The notes beneath the pieces were generated by a model, which did no database searches, had not been told where the DNA came from, and saw only the letters and a list, made by a program, of their open reading frames with translations. Below, one piece after another: positions 1 through 12,618 of a DNA stretch of 54,880 bases. Numbering within the stretch: the first letter of the stretch is position 1; each line of letters opens with the position of its first letter. The stretch comes from Methylococcales bacterium (lineage in GTDB: Bacteria; Pseudomonadota; Gammaproteobacteria; JABHGC01), in the NCBI GenBank assembly GCA_018672285.1, contig JABHGC010000234.1, positions 1 through 54,880 of the forward strand, given 5' to 3'. A program made the position numbers and the translations under genes.

Positions 1-116
1 AAATAGCCGGCCAAGAAAATGCTTAGGCTACAAAACACCTTATGAGGCTTTTGAAGAGCTCACTGGCATTAAACAAGAAAATTTAACCGGTCATGCACTT
101 ATGACTTGAATTCAGG
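1..116 (+). mobile_element. 3' end of an IS30-family insertion sequence (transposase C-terminus and right end), cut by the contig edge
   Basis: Frame 2 reads NSRPRKCLGYKTPYEAFEELTGIKQENLTGHALMT* (stop 107-109), matching the IS30 C-terminal N.RPRK.LG..TP.E motif. It ends ...CTTGAATTCAGG. Bases 1-116 are the exact reverse complement of 54743-54858. Confidence 0.88.
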
Positions 117-200
117 TTACCCTATTTGAGTAAGATTTACAATTTGATCAATCAACGAACTCAGTAAATCAATCATAAATGACTATTGTCTTTTAAAGAT

Positions 201-1550
201 TTATTTACCAATACAGAATCGAGAAAATATTTCCCCCAATAAATCATCTGCAGTAAATTCACCCGTAATCATGGATAAGGCGTGTTGTGCCTCTTGGAAA
301 TCTGCCGCTAATAACTCCCCCGCCTGATATTGCACCAATTGCTCAAAGCCTTCAGCCACATACTTTTGTGCTTTAGTGAGGGCATCTATATGCCTTTGTC
401 TCGCAATAAAACTACCATCGGCATTTGCATGAAACCCCATACAGGTTGTTAAATGTTTTTTAAGTTCATCAATACCTTGCTGCTGTTTTGCTGAAAGACC
501 AAACACCGGACAAGCTAAAACATCCTCTCTACAGCCAATGGCACCTTGACTTAAATCTGCTTTATTACGAAGTATGGTCATTGGCACTTGATACTGCTTA
601 AATTCATTCACCTCATCCATTAATTCTTTTTCAGACGCTTTATCATCAATTAAAAGCAACAATCGGTCAGATTTTTTAATCGCATCAATCGCACGGCGAA
701 TACCTTCTTGCTCAATGACATTGTCACTTTTACGAATGCCTGCAGTATCGATAATGTGTACTGGCATGCCATCGATATGAATATATTCTTTTAGCACATC
801 TCTCGTTGTGCCAGGAATATCTGTAACAATCGCAGTTTCATCACCTGAAAAAGCATTCAAAAGGCTAGATTTACCTGCGTTAGGTTTTCCTGCAAGCACA
901 ACAACCATGCCATCGCGCAGTACTTTTCCTTGCTTCGCTTTTTCAAGAACCTGCTCAAATTTTAATAGTAACGCCTCCACTAAAGCCTGAACTTTACCAT
1001 CTGATAAAAAATCGATTTCTTCTTCTGGGAAATCAATCGCAGACTCTACGTACATCCGAATATAAATCACTTGCTCCACTAGCTCATGCACGATCTTCGA
1101 AAAATCACCCTGCAAAGAACGCAGCGCAGACCTTGCCGCCATCTCTGAGCCTGACTCAATTAAATCAGATATCGCTTCAGCTTGTGCTAAATCAATTTTA
1201 TCATTTAAAAATGCTCTTTCAGAAAACTCACCTGGATTAGCAAGCCTTGCCCCAAAATGAACGGCTGACTTCAACAGCATGTTCATGACCACCGCCCCGC
1301 CGTGACCTTGTAGCTCCACCACATGTTCACCCGTAAATGAATTGGGCGCAACAAACTGAATCACAATCCCTTCGTCCAACATTTGCCCTTCAGGATCAAA
1401 AAATGGCATCAAATGCGCCATTCGAGGGGTTTTAATCGGGGATTTTAAAATAGCTTCAGCAATACTTTGTGCATTAACCCCAGAAAGGCGTAACACACCA
1501 ATACCACCGTTTCCAGTAGGTGTTGCAATGGCTGCAATTGTATCACTCAT
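201..1550 (-). CDS. mnmE: tRNA modification GTPase MnmE (TrmE)
   Basis: DTIAAIATP..GGIG, SFTGE, GKPNAGKSS, DTAG and C-terminal FCIGK motifs. Start moved to the ATG at 1550 (MSDTIAA). Confidence 0.97.
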   Translation of the reverse strand: MSDTIAAIATPTGNGGIGVLRLSGVNAQSIAEAILKSPIKTPRMAHLMPFFDPEGQMLDEGIVIQFVAPNSFTGEHVVELQGHGGAVVMNMLLKSAVHFGARLANPGEFSERAFLNDKIDLAQAEAISDLIESGSEMAARSALRSLQGDFSKIVHELVEQVIYIRMYVESAIDFPEEEIDFLSDGKVQALVEALLLKFEQVLEKAKQGKVLRDGMVVVLAGKPNAGKSSLLNAFSGDETAIVTDIPGTTRDVLKEYIHIDGMPVHIIDTAGIRKSDNVIEQEGIRRAIDAIKKSDRLLLLIDDKASEKELMDEVNEFKQYQVPMTILRNKADLSQGAIGCREDVLACPVFGLSAKQQQGIDELKKHLTTCMGFHANADGSFIARQRHIDALTKAQKYVAEGFEQLVQYQAGELLAADFQEAQHALSMITGEFTADDLLGEIFSRFCIGK

Positions 1551-1585
1551 GATAAAACCTAAATTTGTTGGCAATAAAAAAGGCA

Positions 1586-1695
1586 TTACTAACAGCGATT
1601 AAGTCGCTGTTCGTAACACCCTATTGTTAGATCACTAACACACATTTTTATACCGCATCGAACTGGCCTTTATGTCGAAAATGACACAAAGGCCA
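1586..1695. repeat. three consecutive hairpins in the yidC-mnmE spacer
   Basis: AACAGCGA-N5-TCGCTGTT (1591-1611), TGTTAG-N4-CTAACA (1625-1640), TGGCCTTTATGTC-N6-GACACAAAGGCCA (1664-1695). Confidence 0.55.
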
Positions 1696-1699
1696 AACA

Positions 1700-3358
1700 C
1701 TATTTTTTAGCTTCAATTCGTTTGGTAATAACATATTGCTGAGAGATTGATAACGTATTATTAACGACCCAATACAAAACCAAACCTGCAGGGAATAAAG
1801 CAAAAAAAATGGTGAAAACAAACGGTAGCATCATCATCACTTTGGCTTGAATAGGATCAACCGGTGCAGGATTTAATTTTTGCTGAATGAACATACTCAC
1901 ACCCATCAACAAAGGCAGTATGAAGTAAGGGTCAGCAATAGATAAATCTTCTATCCACAAAATGAAAGGGGCTTGGCGAAGCTCAACGCTTTCTAACAAT
2001 ACCCAGTACAATGCAATGAAAACTGGAATTTGTACCAAAATTGGCAAACAACCCCCTAATGGGTTAATTTTCTCTTTCTTGTACATCTCCATCATGGCTT
2101 TGTTCATTTTTGCTCGATCATCACCATAACGCTCTTTTAACGCTTTTAATTTGGGTGATAACTTACGCATATTCGCCATTGAGGTATAACTGGCTTCTGA
2201 TAACTTATAGAAGATCAATTTAATCAGGATCGTCACAAAAATAATCGCAAAACCCCAGTTACCAAAAATACTGAAGAAGAATTCTAACGCCCAATACAGT
2301 GGCTGTGCTAAGACAGTCAGCACACCATAATCTACGGTTAAGTCTAAACCTTCAGAAAGTGCTTCTAGGCTATGCTGTAATTTTGGCCCAACATACAACT
2401 TAGTCGATACATCTTCGGTTGCGCCTTGTGGCACAGACACTGTATTGACAAAACCAAGCACATATTTAGGGTTGCCCTGTTTATTCAGCACTCGAGAATA
2501 AAAAGTGGTCTGTTGGTCTTTATTTGGAACCCATGCTGCCAAGAAATAATGTTGAATCATCGCAACCCAACCACCCTTGTTCGGCTCGTTGAGGTTTGTC
2601 TCTAGCATGTCGTCGAAATCAATTTTTTCGAATTTTTCTTTTTCGGTGTAAATCACACCACCTAAATAAGTATAAACAAAGGCCGATGAGTCACCTGTAA
2701 TTTCAACCCGTTTTAGTTCTCTAAACAGGCCACCCTTCCAAGTATCTGCTGTATTATTTTTTAGCGTAAAATTGACATCTATCGCAAAACTACCGCGATG
2801 AAACTGATACTGCTTGATGACCGTCAAACCCTCAGGGCTTGTCCAGGTTAGATCTACATTGAGGGTTTCTTGTCCGTCTTGGAGTATAAACTCAGTTTTT
2901 TCAACCTCAAAAATGGCATTGACCTTAGCGCCTTTACTTTCACTCAAACCACTTTCAGCAACAAAATACTTGTTACCGTCTTGCATCAGCTTTATTGGGT
3001 TGTCTTTTTCGGTAATGGAGACTGGGTAGGTGACCAAATCAACACCAATTAAAGTCCCGTTTTTAGTGTCAATCACCGCATCAAAAACATCGGTTAAAAC
3101 ACGCACTGTTTTTCGCTTAGCCTGGGTTGCTGTTGGTTCAGACGGTACAGGCAATGCTGAAGCGTCACTGGTTACTGCAGGCACATCATTATCTGTGGTT
3201 GGCTGCGATGACACAACATTGCCATCTGTTGGTACACCAGTTGCAACATCCGTTTCAACTGCAGCAGGTTTTGGCCCATAGTCCTTGACCCACTCTTGTG
3301 TCAGTAAGTAACTGACAAGCAGTAGAGAAATAATCAAAAAAAGACGTTTGTTTTCCAT
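1700..3358 (-). CDS. yidC: membrane protein insertase YidC
   Basis: N-terminal TM, periplasmic domain, DYG, NPLGGCLP..Q.P, DPYFILP and GLVLYW motifs; canonical synteny. Confidence 0.97.
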   Translation of the reverse strand: MENKRLFLIISLLLVSYLLTQEWVKDYGPKPAAVETDVATGVPTDGNVVSSQPTTDNDVPAVTSDASALPVPSEPTATQAKRKTVRVLTDVFDAVIDTKNGTLIGVDLVTYPVSITEKDNPIKLMQDGNKYFVAESGLSESKGAKVNAIFEVEKTEFILQDGQETLNVDLTWTSPEGLTVIKQYQFHRGSFAIDVNFTLKNNTADTWKGGLFRELKRVEITGDSSAFVYTYLGGVIYTEKEKFEKIDFDDMLETNLNEPNKGGWVAMIQHYFLAAWVPNKDQQTTFYSRVLNKQGNPKYVLGFVNTVSVPQGATEDVSTKLYVGPKLQHSLEALSEGLDLTVDYGVLTVLAQPLYWALEFFFSIFGNWGFAIIFVTILIKLIFYKLSEASYTSMANMRKLSPKLKALKERYGDDRAKMNKAMMEMYKKEKINPLGGCLPILVQIPVFIALYWVLLESVELRQAPFILWIEDLSIADPYFILPLLMGVSMFIQQKLNPAPVDPIQAKVMMMLPFVFTIFFALFPAGLVLYWVVNNTLSISQQYVITKRIEAKK

Positions 3359-3364
3359 AATGTT

Positions 3365-3435
3365 CAGATTCCTGAAACGGGGTAACTATTTAGAGTAGAG
3401 GCGTATTCTAAGATGGTGAAGAAAATTTTTCACAC
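3365..3435 (-). pseudogene. probable yidD remnant (gene essentially deleted)
   Basis: Only 49 bp separate rnpA and yidC. The frame overlapping the rnpA tail reads GTG TGA AAA ATT (compare MRKI), and TAC CCC GTT just before yidC resembles the YidD C-terminal (Y)DPVP. Confidence 0.35.
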
Positions 3436-3776
3436 TTTTTTTGAATTTTCTGGCATTGAGCAATAAGGGACTGTTCAATTGCCTGATTATCACGCTTAGC
3501 AAGACCTGCATTTGCAATAACAACAAAGTCGAAGCACCCGAGATCTGGTTGCAATCGGAAGGTATTACGAATAATGCGTTTTATACGGTTGCGGTCGACT
3601 GCCCTCTTTACCTTTTTCTTGGCAATGGCAAGTCCTAAACGGGGGTGTTCTAAGGTATTTTTTTTTCCAAGCACCATCAAACAAGCATCAGATGCCTTGA
3701 ACGGATGACTAAATACGTTCTGGAATTCTGATGCTTTCAATAACCGGCTGCTACGTGGAAATCGCTGGTCAACCAA
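3408..3776 (-). CDS. rnpA: ribonuclease P protein component
   Basis: FPRSSRLL, RLGLAIAKK, AVDRNRIKR (RNR motif), DFVV. Confidence 0.96.
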   Translation of the reverse strand: MVDQRFPRSSRLLKASEFQNVFSHPFKASDACLMVLGKKNTLEHPRLGLAIAKKKVKRAVDRNRIKRIIRNTFRLQPDLGCFDFVVIANAGLAKRDNQAIEQSLIAQCQKIQKKCEKFSSPS

Positions 3777-3796
3777 CGGATGAGAAACGGTATTAA

Positions 3797-3931
3797 TTAA
3801 GCGGTTAAAACTTTGCGGCCTTTGGCACGACGAGCGTTAACAACTTTACGGCCATTTTTAGTTGCCATGCGCGAGCGGAAACCGTGAGTTCTTGCACGCT
3901 TTAATGTACTAGGTTGGAAAGTTCTTTTCAT
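3797..3931 (-). CDS. rpmH: 50S ribosomal protein L34 (below the ORF-track cutoff)
   Basis: Hand translation gives [44 protein letters not shown], 44 aa. Confidence 0.97.
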   Translation of the reverse strand: MKRTFQPSTLKRARTHGFRSRMATKNGRKVVNARRAKGRKVLTA

Positions 3932-4010
3932 GACGCACTCTTAATTTATTGTTTAGACAATCGGTCGGTCATAGTATAGCCGAGTTAAAAGGCTGTCAAC
4001 TGATATTCAT

Positions 4011-4019
4011 TTATCCATA
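4011..4019 (+). promoter_or_regulatory. single imperfect DnaA box upstream of dnaA (possible autoregulation)
   Basis: TTATCCATA, one mismatch to TTATCCACA. Confidence 0.4.
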
Positions 4020-4196
4020 AGAAATAGCTAGATTCTACTGCCAGGAAAGGATAGAATTCGCCCCCTAGATTATGTCCTGATACTATAATATAACAGGCGT
4101 TCTATCACCCTCTCTATTATCATTTCAAATCATTTCCGAAGAGTACGGCCTACCTATGGTTTGTCCGCCTCATGTCTGTCTAAGGAGTAGATATTT

Positions 4197-5579
4197 ATGT
4201 CGACGTCATTATGGACTAAATGTCTCGAAAAACTAGAAGGTGAGCTTTCTCCGCAACAACTCAACACCTGGATCCGCCCTTTACAACCTGTCATCAATAA
4301 TACACAGCTCAAATTATTAGCACCAAACCGCTTTGTACTGGATTGGGTAAAAAACAATTTCATCAAAAATATTGAAGCAATCTTGCCACAATGCGGCGGT
4401 GATGGTTTTACCATTAGCTTAGAAATTGGCAGCGCTAATGCCAAACAAGACAAACCCAAAGAGACACCGCCCTCACCAGCACCCTCCTCCACAGAGAGCA
4501 CTCACTCAAATTCGAAGGCCATCACAACACCACAAGTACATTCAAACAAGCCTTCCAATACCAGCAACTTAAATCCTGAGTTTGTCTTCGATGCATACGT
4601 AGAAGGTAAATCAAACCAATTGGCACGCGCTGCAGGTCTGCAAATTGCGGAAAACCCAGGTGGCGCTTACAACCCACTCTTTTTATATGGCGGTGTAGGT
4701 TTAGGTAAGACTCACTTAATGCACGCTATTGGCAACATGATGTTGGTTCATAACCCAAATGCCAAAGTGGTTTACTTACGATCTGAACGTTTTGTGGGTG
4801 ACATGGTAAAAGCACTACAACACAACACCATTAATGAGTTTAAGCGCCATTATCGTTCAGTCAACGCACTGCTCATTGATGACATTCAATTCTTTGCAGG
4901 GAAAGAGCGCTCACAAGAGGAATTCTTCCATACTTTCAATGCGTTACTAGAGCAAGGTCAACAAATCATCATGACGTGTGATCGCTATCCTAAAGAAGTG
5001 ACCGGTCTTGAAGACCGACTTAAGTCACGCTTTGGTTGGGGCCTTACGGTTGCGATTGAGCCACCAGACTTAGAGACACGCGTTGCCATTATCATGAGTA
5101 AAGCCAATTCGTTTAGAATTGATTTACCTGATGAGGTCGCTTTTTTCATCGCTAAACGATTACGTTCTAACGTTCGTGAATTAGAAGGGGCATTACGCCG
5201 CGTTTATGCTAACTCACAATTCACCGGAAAACCCATTACCCTGGACTTTGCCAAAGACGCATTACAAGACTTATTAGCCGTCCAAGATCGTTTAGTAACC
5301 ATAGAAAACATTCAAAAAACCATTGCCGAATATTATAAAATACGAGTCTCTGACTTAACCTCTAAAAATCGCAGCCGATCCATTGCCAGGCCTCGCCAAG
5401 TTGCAATGTCACTCTCTAAAGAGTTAACTAACCATAGCTTGCCAGAAATTGGCGACGCTTTTGGCGGACGTGACCACACCACTGTCTTACACGCTTGCCG
5501 TAAAATAAAAGAATTACAAGAAACGGATGCTCGTATTAAAGAAGATGTAGCCAATTTAATCCGTGTTTTAACCAGCTAA
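4197..5579 (+). CDS. dnaA: chromosomal replication initiator DnaA
   Basis: [45 protein letters not shown]. Confidence 0.99.
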   Translation: MSTSLWTKCLEKLEGELSPQQLNTWIRPLQPVINNTQLKLLAPNRFVLDWVKNNFIKNIEAILPQCGGDGFTISLEIGSANAKQDKPKETPPSPAPSSTESTHSNSKAITTPQVHSNKPSNTSNLNPEFVFDAYVEGKSNQLARAAGLQIAENPGGAYNPLFLYGGVGLGKTHLMHAIGNMMLVHNPNAKVVYLRSERFVGDMVKALQHNTINEFKRHYRSVNALLIDDIQFFAGKERSQEEFFHTFNALLEQGQQIIMTCDRYPKEVTGLEDRLKSRFGWGLTVAIEPPDLETRVAIIMSKANSFRIDLPDEVAFFIAKRLRSNVRELEGALRRVYANSQFTGKPITLDFAKDALQDLLAVQDRLVTIENIQKTIAEYYKIRVSDLTSKNRSRSIARPRQVAMSLSKELTNHSLPEIGDAFGGRDHTTVLHACRKIKELQETDARIKEDVANLIRVLTS

Positions 5580-5594
5580 ATATTTAGGTTTATC

Positions 5595-6704
5595 ATGAAA
5601 TTTTTTGCCAGCAAAGAAGCCCTACTCCCAGCCATCATGTCTGTCAGCGGTGTCGTTGAAAAGAAACAAACGATGCCTGTATTATCAAACCTCATGCTTC
5701 ACGCAGCCGAAGGGTCGTTAACCATCACCTCGACTGACCTTGATATTGAAATGAAAGCAAACTGTGTGGTTGACGTTCAAACACCTGGCACCACCACTTT
5801 ACCTGCAAAAAAATTGCTCGATATTTGTCGTAACCTCTCTGATGATGTCACGATAGAAATAGATTGCGTGAATGAAAACACAGCGATGCTAAAAGCTGGG
5901 CGTGGCCGGTACAAGCTGCAAACCTTACCCGCAGATGAATTTCCAAACCTTGAAAATGTAGACTATCAGTTTGAGCTGACCATCGCACAGTACCAACTAC
6001 AAAAGCTATTTAGTCGCACACAGTTTTCAATGGCACTACAAGACGTCCGTTACTACCTTAACGGTTTGTTATTAGAAATATCCGACAAAAAATTACGCGC
6101 AGTTGCAACCGATGCTCATCGACTTTCACTCGCAGATGCCAGCATTGATTTCAGCGCACCAGAACTCAGCCAATACATTTTACCTCGTAAAGCTGTGCTC
6201 GAGCTGTCCCGTATTTTTAATGACAATGAAGACTTAGTGAGTGTCCGCTTTGGCCGTAACCACCTTACCTTTACCCTACCCGATGTCGTATTCACCACCA
6301 AATTAGTTGATCATAAATACGCCAATTATGAAAAAGCCATACCCGATATGGCAGCCTGTGAATACAAAGTTATTATCGACCGGACTTCCCTGCAACAAAT
6401 GTTGACCCGTGTTTCCGTTTTATCTCAAGAGAAAATTAAAGGTGTGAGCCTACATTTTGAGAATAACCTCCTCACCATTAAATCCTACAATAATGAAAAT
6501 GAAGAAGCTGAAGAAGCAATGGATATAGAATTTTCAGGCGATGCATTTACGCTAACTTTCAATGCATCCTACGTTTCAGACTTTCTGTCAACATCTGAAA
6601 CTGAAACGGTCACGCTCTATTCTAGTAAAGCAAACAGCAGCACAGTCATTACCGACACAGGGACTTCTGAACATTTATATGTTGTTATGCCCATGAAATT
6701 TTAA
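5595..6704 (+). CDS. dnaN: DNA polymerase III beta sliding clamp
   Basis: TDLDIE, QDVRYYLNG, VATDAHRL, C-terminal VVMPM. Confidence 0.97.
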   Translation: MKFFASKEALLPAIMSVSGVVEKKQTMPVLSNLMLHAAEGSLTITSTDLDIEMKANCVVDVQTPGTTTLPAKKLLDICRNLSDDVTIEIDCVNENTAMLKAGRGRYKLQTLPADEFPNLENVDYQFELTIAQYQLQKLFSRTQFSMALQDVRYYLNGLLLEISDKKLRAVATDAHRLSLADASIDFSAPELSQYILPRKAVLELSRIFNDNEDLVSVRFGRNHLTFTLPDVVFTTKLVDHKYANYEKAIPDMAACEYKVIIDRTSLQQMLTRVSVLSQEKIKGVSLHFENNLLTIKSYNNENEEAEEAMDIEFSGDAFTLTFNASYVSDFLSTSETETVTLYSSKANSSTVITDTGTSEHLYVVMPMKF

Positions 6705-7774
6705 TGACCATTGAACAACTTAATTTAACAAACTTCAGATCTATTAAGGCGGCTAGTATTGAACCCTCTAGTCGCCTAAATCTCATTACTGGTAATAATG
6801 GCAGTGGCAAAACCACATTAATGGAAGCCATTTATTACTTAGGCCGCGGCAAATCATTTAAAACCTCTAAAAATAGCAAAATCATCAGTACTGGTGAAGA
6901 CAGTTTTACACTGTACTCTCAACTCAGCGGGTCGCCTGCGACCACCATAGGCATTCAAAAATCTAAGACCACTTCTACCGTAAAACTCAATGGCCAAACC
7001 ATAAACTCGTCATCAAAGCTTGCCCAATACTGCCCCCTATTATTAATCCACCCAGAGAGTCATCACTTATTAGAGCAAGGCCCACAACAAAGAAGGCACT
7101 TTATGAATTGGGGTTTGTTCCACGTGGAACATGCTTTTTTACCGTTATGGAACCAGTATTCACAAGTCCTAAAACAACGCAATGCCCTGCTTAGAAACAG
7201 AGATGTTAGTGCGATCAAACCCTGGGACATTCAATTTGTGGAACTCTCTGAAAAAATAGATTTGTTACGGCAACATTATGTCAGCAAGGTTAACGCCTAT
7301 TTCACCGCATCTTGCCACTCACTGCTTGGGCTTGAAGACATCAACCTAGTCTATCGCAGGGGGTGGAACCAAGAGAGCCAATTAGCGGACTTATTAGCAT
7401 CAAGCACCCTGAGAGACATTGAGTCAGGATTCACCCGTGCCGGGCCACACAGAGCAGACATTAGCATCGTGCACGACAAACAAAATGTGCATCAAATTGT
7501 CTCTCGTGGACAACAGAAATTGATTATTACTGCCCTATTGCTTTCTCAGGCACAGTACTTAGATGAAATGAAGCAACAGAAAGCGATTATCCTTGTTGAT
7601 GACTTAACGTCTGAGTTAGATCAGCATCACTTACAAAAACTCTATGAAATCATCATGGGGTTAGACACACAGGTGTTTATTACTGCAATCTCAGATAATT
7701 TTACTTCTGGCGTGAAAATTCCTTCTCATTCAAAAATGTTCCACGTGGAACATGGTCACTTAAACGCTATTTAG
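6704..7774 (+). CDS. recF: DNA replication/repair protein RecF
   Basis: NFR, GNNGSGKT, GPHRAD, SRGQQK, LVDDLTSELD. Confidence 0.97.
   Translation: MTIEQLNLTNFRSIKAASIEPSSRLNLITGNNGSGKTTLMEAIYYLGRGKSFKTSKNSKIISTGEDSFTLYSQLSGSPATTIGIQKSKTTSTVKLNGQTINSSSKLAQYCPLLLIHPESHHLLEQGPQQRRHFMNWGLFHVEHAFLPLWNQYSQVLKQRNALLRNRDVSAIKPWDIQFVELSEKIDLLRQHYVSKVNAYFTASCHSLLGLEDINLVYRRGWNQESQLADLLASSTLRDIESGFTRAGPHRADISIVHDKQNVHQIVSRGQQKLIITALLLSQAQYLDEMKQQKAIILVDDLTSELDQHHLQKLYEIIMGLDTQVFITAISDNFTSGVKIPSHSKMFHVEHGHLNAI
7116..7131. promoter_or_regulatory. parS site 1 (inside recF)
   Basis: Perfect palindrome TGTTCCACGTGGAACA matching the parS consensus TGTTNCACGTGAAACA; encodes LFHVEH. Confidence 0.92.
7737..7752. 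promoter_or_regulatory. parS site 2 (inside recF 3' end)
   Basis: TGTTCCACGTGGAACA; encodes MFHVEH. Confidence 0.92.
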
Positions 7775-8403
7775 ACCCACTTTACCTCAGACTACCCTGC
7801 TCTACAGATAAAATAATATACAATACTATAGGGCTTTATTTATAATTTATCCTCAACCCAATATGAGACCTAGCCTTATATAAAATACTCTTCAACTCAC
7901 TATACAATTCCAACTTAAATACAATTTTGAAGCTGTTCATACATATATATTGAGTTATCCTAGCCTTATTATGCTAAATAACACTACAGCCACGTTAAAA
8001 TAAACAGATATATTAATATTTATTTGGGAACTATGCCCTATCTGGGGATTTAAACTCGACATAAACAGATAAAAATTACCCTCTGCAATACGCCTTACAC
8101 AGCCCCTCCCTACCCTGTGCACCACCCTTCTCTTGAAATGACTTATTACGACTAAACCCGATTTATACGCCTTCCCGATAATTTACGACGAATGCTTCCT
8201 TGTTTCAGTACTTGTATAGAAGGCATACTGCATTTTTTATTTACCCACCTTAAGTTCAGTAAGTTGCCAGCTTCAGCCTACGGACATCAATGGCAAAAAA
8301 ACGTATTTAACCTTCTATGATTCAAGCTTTAGCATCACAAAAATTTTTATATTACCCAACAAAAACTGGCTCTGAACCACCTATTTTGCTCATTAAAATG
8401 AGA

Positions 8404-8419
8404 TGTTCCACGTGGAACA
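8404..8419. promoter_or_regulatory. parS site 3 (recF-gyrB spacer)
   Basis: TGTTCCACGTGGAACA. Confidence 0.92.
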
Positions 8420-8565
8420 TTTGAAATAAAGCCACAACACTGCACTTTGTACGATAAAAAACGTGATCACATCAATAAATATGACGCTCATAATTAAATA
8501 ACGCCAGTGTCGCTAGTACAGTCAATTATAACCACATCAGAAAAATAATTAGCAACAGCATGCAA

Positions 8566-8581
8566 TGTTCCACGTGGAACA
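8566..8581. promoter_or_regulatory. parS site 4 (recF-gyrB spacer)
   Basis: TGTTCCACGTGGAACA, flanked by AACAGCA...TGCTGTT. Confidence 0.92.
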
Positions 8582-9078
8582 TGCTGTTTTGATGGCTCAC
8601 TTCTCAGCAAACAATGTCTGCATAAACATAATTTATACCGCCAATTAAGGTGGTTTCTAAGTAAATTTTCAATGCACGACCTAGTCAACAAGAATCAATA
8701 AGTAGATTAAAAACTAACTCTGGAGTAACGGTTAAAATACTAGAAGTGTGCTAAATTTTCTTGGCAAAAGTGTAGGGTATGTTCAAGTAGCTTAACCAAA
8801 TATAAAGCCCTGAATGCCATCATATTGAATTTGACCCATTTTAATTAAGTCAGGCCGAGTAGAGTTGCGATAAAAAATGTCTCCTAAAGCCAGAATATTG
8901 TAAACAACACTTTACCAATAGTCCCTTAAGAAATTATTCATATGAGGGTTAACGGTTAGTGGTTTTCAACAGTGTGATCATGGCTTGATAAACCGAAGCA
9001 TGGAAGATAAGAACACCTGGTGCTAGCGAACCCGTAAACATGATAACGACCCCTTGTCTCATCATGAAAAAATCACAT

Positions 9079-9094
9079 TGTTCCACGTGGAACA
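9079..9094. promoter_or_regulatory. parS site 5 (recF-gyrB spacer)
   Basis: TGTTCCACGTGGAACA. Confidence 0.92.
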
Positions 9095-9372
9095 AAAACA
9101 AAGACCAAGTGGAAAAAGGAGGAGGGCGCCAACAATAACATCGATTAACGAGGATAAATTTTACCTTGTCTGAGCAAATTATGATGGAAAAAGCACTTAT
9201 TTTAAGCACGACACAATCAATATAAACTGCTTTATAGAAGCATAAACAGAGTGTGCCGAGAAACACCCCTAAAAAACTCAAAAAAACACCTACAACACCT
9301 TGTTTTCAAGATAAAAAATGCCTAATGATTTTCCTTAAAAGCCCCAAAATGATACAATGTTGCACAATATAA

Positions 9373-11808
<2,436 letters not shown>

Positions 11809-11839
11809 TTTTTAAGCTAGAAAGCTTTTTAAGAGGATA

Positions 11840-11859
11840 GGGGTAATCGTTTTTACCCC
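11840..11859. terminator. probable bidirectional terminator between convergent gyrB and plsC
   Basis: GGGGTAA-N6-TTACCCC. Confidence 0.5.
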
Positions 11860-11871
11860 CGAAATAATAAA

Positions 11872-12618
11872 CTACAAAACATACTTACGAGGATTGGTTT
11901 GATCATAGCGCTCATTAATTATCGCCATATGCTCTGTCATCCACGCTTCGACTTCCGCTAAAATTTCAGATGCCGTTTTGCCATTGGTATCAATTGGTTC
12001 ACCAATATGTACTTGGATTTTACCCGGGAAAATTAAAAATTTACGCCGCTGCCAAAATTCACCCGCGTTATGCGCCACAGGAATCACCTTAGCTCTCGTA
12101 TTTTCCGCTAAAATGGCACCACCAATTCTAAATTTAACTTTTTTACGAGGGTCTACACGAGTACCTTCAGGAAACACAACAACAGACAAACCGTCATCCA
12201 AACGTTGTTGACCTTGCTCAATAATTTGTTCAACGGCTTTTCGGCCTGCTTTACGATTTATCGCAATCGGTTTTAACATCAGCAAAGCCCAGCCAAAAAT
12301 GGGCAGATACATTAATTCTTTTTTTAGAATCCAAACATAAGGGAAGAACAAATTGACAAAAGAAATTGTCTCCCAAGTAGATTGGTGTTTGCTCATGACG
12401 ATATAAGGGTCATCAGGGATATTATCCAAACCTTCAATTTCATGGCTTAAGCTGCACAATTTATCCAAACCAAACAACATAATGTTTGACCAAATACCGC
12501 CAATACCTAATCTAATTTTAAAAGGGAAGGGCGCAGACAGTACGATCAATAAAGACATTATAAATGTCCCTACATTAAACAGAATACTGAATAAAATTGA
12601 CCGAAGAACCAGTATCAT
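11872..12618 (-). CDS. plsC: 1-acyl-sn-glycerol-3-phosphate acyltransferase
   Basis: KHQSTWE, FPEGTR, IPVA; glyS-gmhB-plsC synteny. Confidence 0.88.
   Translation of the reverse strand: MILVLRSILFSILFNVGTFIMSLLIVLSAPFPFKIRLGIGGIWSNIMLFGLDKLCSLSHEIEGLDNIPDDPYIVMSKHQSTWETISFVNLFFPYVWILKKELMYLPIFGWALLMLKPIAINRKAGRKAVEQIIEQGQQRLDDGLSVVVFPEGTRVDPRKKVKFRIGGAILAENTRAKVIPVAHNAGEFWQRRKFLIFPGKIQVHIGEPIDTNGKTASEILAEVEAWMTEHMAIINERYDQTNPRKYVL

Noticed and set aside
1-116. Terminal inverted repeats suggesting a linear replicon or telomere
   Set aside because: The repeat encodes an IS30 transposase tail and the interior is core chromosome, so assembly breaks at a multicopy IS explain it.
3932-4196. oriC in the rpmH-dnaA gap
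   Set aside because: It has only one imperfect DnaA box and no box cluster; 17770-18020 fits far better.
7116-9094. CRISPR-like array of palindromic repeats
   Set aside because: The units are 16 bp with irregular spacing of 162-667 bp, there are no cas genes, and the sequence is parS.
8494-9281. ORFs 8494-8691 and 8949-9281 in the recF-gyrB spacer
   Set aside because: They have non-ATG starts, atypical composition and no motifs. VPRGT and FHVEQ are just translations of parS.
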